This document shows, piece after piece, positions 33,849-37,336 of a stretch of 37,336 nucleotides of DNA (positions within the stretch are counted from its first letter, which is position 1; every line of letters starts with the position of its first letter). Under the pieces are notes generated by a model. The model saw only the letters and a list, made by a program, of their open reading frames with translations, did no database searches and had not been told where the DNA came from. The DNA is from a virus. Lineage: Duplodnaviria; Caudoviricetes. Both the position numbers and the translations under genes were made by a program. The stretch is taken from positions 1 to 37,336 of IMG/VR virus record IMGVR_UViG_3300005403_000018. The stretch is one strand, 5' to 3'.

Positions 33849-35388
33849 TGTTTATCGCGTCCGCAAGTTTCAATAATGCAACGTCTGAATAGTCCCTTTT
33901 GCTTGATTCTACAATCATCGCATTAGCAACCGGTATTACAGAATCACGCCGTAACATTTTACGCGCTTCATCAAATGTAGTACCATTATTGATACTATCC
34001 ACAATTTCAGCCGGAATGTTATACGCCACAAATTCAACTTGTTTTCCAGCCTTCTTTGCTTTGCGTTCCCACTTGTCTAGTTCAAGCATAGCCGGCCTAA
34101 TGTCTTTTATCATCTCGGGTTCGTCTGTTTGTTTTTCTGGTTCTACGATTTCATTTACTGGTTGATTTACAGGAACTTCAACCCTAGGTTCTTGTTTCTT
34201 TGCGTTTTGCGCCACACTCACTAATAGTTTACCAGCTTCGCCCTCTAAAGGCTTATCATTCCAGAATCTCTCACGTAATTCGTCAACCGTGTGTGTCTTT
34301 GCGTATTCCTGCATTTCTTTTAGTTCCATTAGTTTGTCAGTTACTCGAATATCTTCAGGTTCTAAAATATACCCATCCCCGTAAACTGGCATTACCTTAG
34401 TCGTTAGAACGTCACCAATCTTTTTTAGCATCGGATAAACTTTGAAGTCGATCATCGTTGACTTTCCGGTCTTAGCGTTCGCTTCGGTTGCATTGACTGA
34501 CAAAATAGAAGCCAATCCAGGGGCGATGCTTGAATAGATTTCATCCCTGTTTGCTAAACGGCTATTCAAGAACTCCATATCCTTTTGACTGGCCGCCGCT
34601 TGAATCCATTGAACGCCGCCCGCCTTGACGTTTCTTAGCATCATAATGCTTCTAATTGAAGATGCTTTATCAACGTCCTTTTGTATCTGTTCCCAATCTT
34701 CATCTGGAATTGGATCTGCAAAAGCCATTAACCCAGGCAGCTTGCCGTTGTTCTTACCAAATAATCTCTTGTTCCATGACTGCATTGCTACGTCAGCATC
34801 CATGACCATTTTCAATGATTCTAAATTACTATATCCGGTGAACATTGAATCCGGGTTAAATCCTGAAAACGCCACAACCTCATCAACTGGTAGGTTTATC
34901 AATCTTCCGTTACCAGGATCGTATTCGTACCACTTAATATATAGTTTTTCGTCAGGAATAGGTGATATTTGTTTAGTAGGGATTAGCCAAAATTCAACCG
35001 GCTTATTGTTTACTTTGTTCATCCACCAATAGGCATTATTAGTAACACACATATAAGCCAATGTAGAATAAATCAAATCTGACTGAGACATTAACGGATT
35101 AGGCGCTCTCAATACCCTTTCAAGGTCATGGTTTGGAATATCCTCTAATTTTTCTCCATTCATCTTTTTGACGTTGAACTTTGCGCCAGATCCAACGGTT
35201 GCAACCTTGTCTACCGCAATATTCACCCAAGACACCCGCTTAAAGTATTCGACCTGGCTATAATTAGTCATGTAATCAGGGTATGAAACTTCTTCAGTGC
35301 CAGCCCGCTCTAAAGCCCAGGCAGGATAGTTTTTCGGGTTCGCCTTGCTATACCCTAAGCCACGTAAAAGATTATCAATAATGCTCAT
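33832..35388 (-). CDS. Portal protein (HK97 family)
   Basis: PNPLMS, NAYW, DMEFL..R, TVDELRE; follows TerL. Confidence 0.9.
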   Translation of the reverse strand: MSIIDNLLRGLGYSKANPKNYPAWALERAGTEEVSYPDYMTNYSQVEYFKRVSWVNIAVDKVATVGSGAKFNVKKMNGEKLEDIPNHDLERVLRAPNPLMSQSDLIYSTLAYMCVTNNAYWWMNKVNNKPVEFWLIPTKQISPIPDEKLYIKWYEYDPGNGRLINLPVDEVVAFSGFNPDSMFTGYSNLESLKMVMDADVAMQSWNKRLFGKNNGKLPGLMAFADPIPDEDWEQIQKDVDKASSIRSIMMLRNVKAGGVQWIQAAASQKDMEFLNSRLANRDEIYSSIAPGLASILSVNATEANAKTGKSTMIDFKVYPMLKKIGDVLTTKVMPVYGDGYILEPEDIRVTDKLMELKEMQEYAKTHTVDELRERFWNDKPLEGEAGKLLVSVAQNAKKQEPRVEVPVNQPVNEIVEPEKQTDEPEMIKDIRPAMLELDKWERKAKKAGKQVEFVAYNIPAEIVDSINNGTTFDEARKMLRRDSVIPVANAMIVESSKRDYSDVALLKLADAINNAVEK

Positions 35389-35395
35389 GTTACTC

Positions 35396-36895
35396 CTATC
35401 CTGCGAAAGAAATCATTTTATTAGGACTAATATTGTTTCCAATGTAATTAGAATACAAAATACTTTCACCCTTATCAGGGGATCTTCCGAGTCTCTTTTT
35501 TATTTCGTCTTTTTCCTCAACTAATACTCCGGAAGTTGTCAAGCTATACCTCGCACTACACAAATCAGCTACTATCTCGTTTCCAGGTGGTAGACAAATA
35601 TTGTCCCCGCTTACCGGATCAAGCGCGTCCCTCATTCTCCAATAATATTCTGCCCTTAGATTACGCATCTTTAGTTTACCACTTTTGTCTCTGTAATCAC
35701 TTCCGGACGCGGCATTAACAGCGAATAAACATTTATACATTGGCTTCAATGAATCGTAAACAGCCGACCCAATACCGCCAATATCTATATTCATTATAGC
35801 AGGTTCTTGTTTGCCTAAAATATTTTGAATAAGCGCTGCCGCCGTTGGGCCGTCCTTGACAATAGCACCCGGCCAAAACGATACTTCACTAAACCAATTA
35901 TCGTATCTTAGTGACATACTCATGTTATCCCTACCACCGCGTGCTGGGTCAATTCCAACCGCCGTTAGCGGAATTTCCGGCTTTTCTGTTTTACGCCATC
36001 GCTCCTGCGCTTGTATAACCCATTCAGTAGGAATAATCTGCCAGGGGTCGGCCATCGCGGACGCTTGAAAATCACCGTAAAGCATTTGTGATCGTAATGG
36101 TTCTGGAAGTGACTGCAAAACAGACTTATACCTGTTATCGTCAGCAAGGAACGGGTTATCATCTAATTTAGCGGGAATAAATGTTCTTGATAGTGGGTAT
36201 ATCGTTTCCTTTTCAGTAACAATAGGCTTCCCAGTCATCAACTCTTTTTCTTCCCCGTCAATGGTTGCGTACCACCTTAGCTCACCTGGTTTAGCAGGAT
36301 TAGGATGTTTAGGGTCAAGCCACGCTGCCCATCTTCTTACTACCCAGTTACCGCTTTCACTTGTTGGCGGGTTTCCAGTACAAACTACCCTTACTCTTTG
36401 ACCTTTATTAGTTGATCGAATCCATCCACAAATAAACACATAAATCGATTCTGTAAATTCAGTGATTTCGTCAAATAGTTTATGGTCGTGAGGTCTACCC
36501 TGCCAGTCGGTCTTATTGTCCTCGTATTGCACCGCGCCTAATTCGATTGATCGATTATTAGGCAAGTCCCAGGTATGCTCTGACTTATTCTCTTTTCCGT
36601 TCTTGCCGTCAGTACCGATAACATCCCTTGCTTGCCTAATTAGTTCTTTTAGGTTTGGGTACACTCTACGAAAAATAGCCGCGTGTTCTGCTAATTCAGC
36701 GGCCATTCCAACTAATAAACTCGACTTACCACCACCCGCAGCCCCGCCGTAAAATAATTCGTCAGCCCTTGAAAGTACCGCTAACCATTGAGGCTTACTC
36801 TGCGGTATCCAAAGCGCCGTCTTGTTTTGAATCCTGGCTAGGTATGATTTCTCGGATGGCATTAGTGAGTGTAGATATTGCTCTATCATATCCAT
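35396..36895 (-). CDS. terL: Terminase large subunit
   Basis: PQ..Q motif, Walker A GGAAGGGKS, Walker B FDE, TGNP, nuclease GIDPARGGRD and RSPDKGES. Confidence 0.95.
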   Translation of the reverse strand: MDMIEQYLHSLMPSEKSYLARIQNKTALWIPQSKPQWLAVLSRADELFYGGAAGGGKSSLLVGMAAELAEHAAIFRRVYPNLKELIRQARDVIGTDGKNGKENKSEHTWDLPNNRSIELGAVQYEDNKTDWQGRPHDHKLFDEITEFTESIYVFICGWIRSTNKGQRVRVVCTGNPPTSESGNWVVRRWAAWLDPKHPNPAKPGELRWYATIDGEEKELMTGKPIVTEKETIYPLSRTFIPAKLDDNPFLADDNRYKSVLQSLPEPLRSQMLYGDFQASAMADPWQIIPTEWVIQAQERWRKTEKPEIPLTAVGIDPARGGRDNMSMSLRYDNWFSEVSFWPGAIVKDGPTAAALIQNILGKQEPAIMNIDIGGIGSAVYDSLKPMYKCLFAVNAASGSDYRDKSGKLKMRNLRAEYYWRMRDALDPVSGDNICLPPGNEIVADLCSARYSLTTSGVLVEEKDEIKKRLGRSPDKGESILYSNYIGNNISPNKMISFAG

Positions 36896-37336
36896 CTATT
36901 GAGTTCACCTTTTCGCCTTGCGTTGTAACATCTATTTTGTCAGTAAACAAGCCTTTTGTTTTTCCAAGTAACTCAAGAGCCTTGATAGGATCGTGAAATT
37001 CGTATTTAGTTCCTTCTTTAGTTGGAATAATTGATTTTATCAAATGAAGTTTTTTGTTTTTATGTGCAACGTCAATGCCAACCTGCTTATGTCCATTTTC
37101 ATCATACTCAATAATGTCCTCAAAGTTTGACCTGGCAATATCTGCAAGCCTTGACAATATTTCGTTGGTTGTCATTGCGTTTTCATCTACACGCTTGTCA
37201 ATCTCGGCTTTAATTTCAGGTTTATTCAGGTTTTCTTGACCAATTGAATACGCAGTCTTTTCAGAATATCCAGCAGCAATAGCAGACTTCGTGGCGTTCC
37301 AAGTCCGCAAATACTCCTCAATAAACGCTTGCTGCT
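36795..37336 (-). CDS. terS: Terminase small subunit (5' end runs off the window and continues at 51..37)
   Basis: QQAFIEEYLRTWNATKSAIAAGYSEKTAYSIGQENL.KPEI. Confidence 0.92.
   Translation of the reverse strand, partial: QQAFIEEYLRTWNATKSAIAAGYSEKTAYSIGQENLNKPEIKAEIDKRVDENAMTTNEILSRLADIARSNFEDIIEYDENGHKQVGIDVAHKNKKLHLIKSIIPTKEGTKYEFHDPIKALELLGKTKGLFTDKIDVTTQGEKVNSIDGYDRAISTLTNAIREIIPSQDSKQDGALDTAE

Noticed and set aside
36795-36895. 101-nt TerS/TerL overlap as a possible frameshift or error
   Set aside because: Both ORFs have complete-looking ends, and such overlaps are common in terminase gene pairs.
805-37239. Numerous plus-strand ORFs of 60-160 aa in the track
   Set aside because: They lie opposite well-supported minus-strand genes and lack SDs and motifs. 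Only 25748..26407 is credible.
1-37336. CRISPR array, tRNA genes, DGR/retron reverse transcriptase, integrase, stop-codon recoding
   Set aside because: No regularly spaced repeats, cloverleafs, RT or recombinase motifs seen by eye. Genes are intact under the standard code with TAA, TAG and TGA all used as stops.

Overview
Apparently complete, circularly permuted ~37.3 kb siphovirus-like (Caudoviricetes) genome, with all genes but one on the minus strand. The first 36 nt nearly duplicate the last 36 nt and join up the small terminase gene. Order along the minus strand: TerS, TerL, portal, head morphogenesis, fused protease-capsid, head/neck/tail genes, tape measure, tail tip and fibres, GH25 endolysin, metallophosphoesterase, a non-coding RNA region, early genes (RHH regulator, ERF, SSB), a C5 methyltransferase with a nested second-frame subunit, replication initiator, DnaC-like loader, many small ORFs, RtcB RNA ligase and a displaced holin. 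I saw no integrase, DNA polymerase, tRNA or CRISPR. A monoderm host such as Chloroflexota/Anaerolineae is a guess from the holin and structural gene style. Main findings: (1) a 217-nt group I intron splitting a tail gene after codon 6, next to a free-standing opposite-strand HNH endonuclease; (2) two parallel cassettes built as promoter/palindromic operator, variable cargo genes, then an 'SAENGKKGGRPKK'-tail protein, plus a third RHH-ended cassette; (3) a recurring pseudoknot/attenuator-like leader RNA ahead of both homing endonucleases and the MTase/replication operon; (4) a promoter- and terminator-bounded ~225-nt structured ncRNA and an anti-Shine-Dalgarno sRNA candidate. All calls are by eye; no database searches were run.
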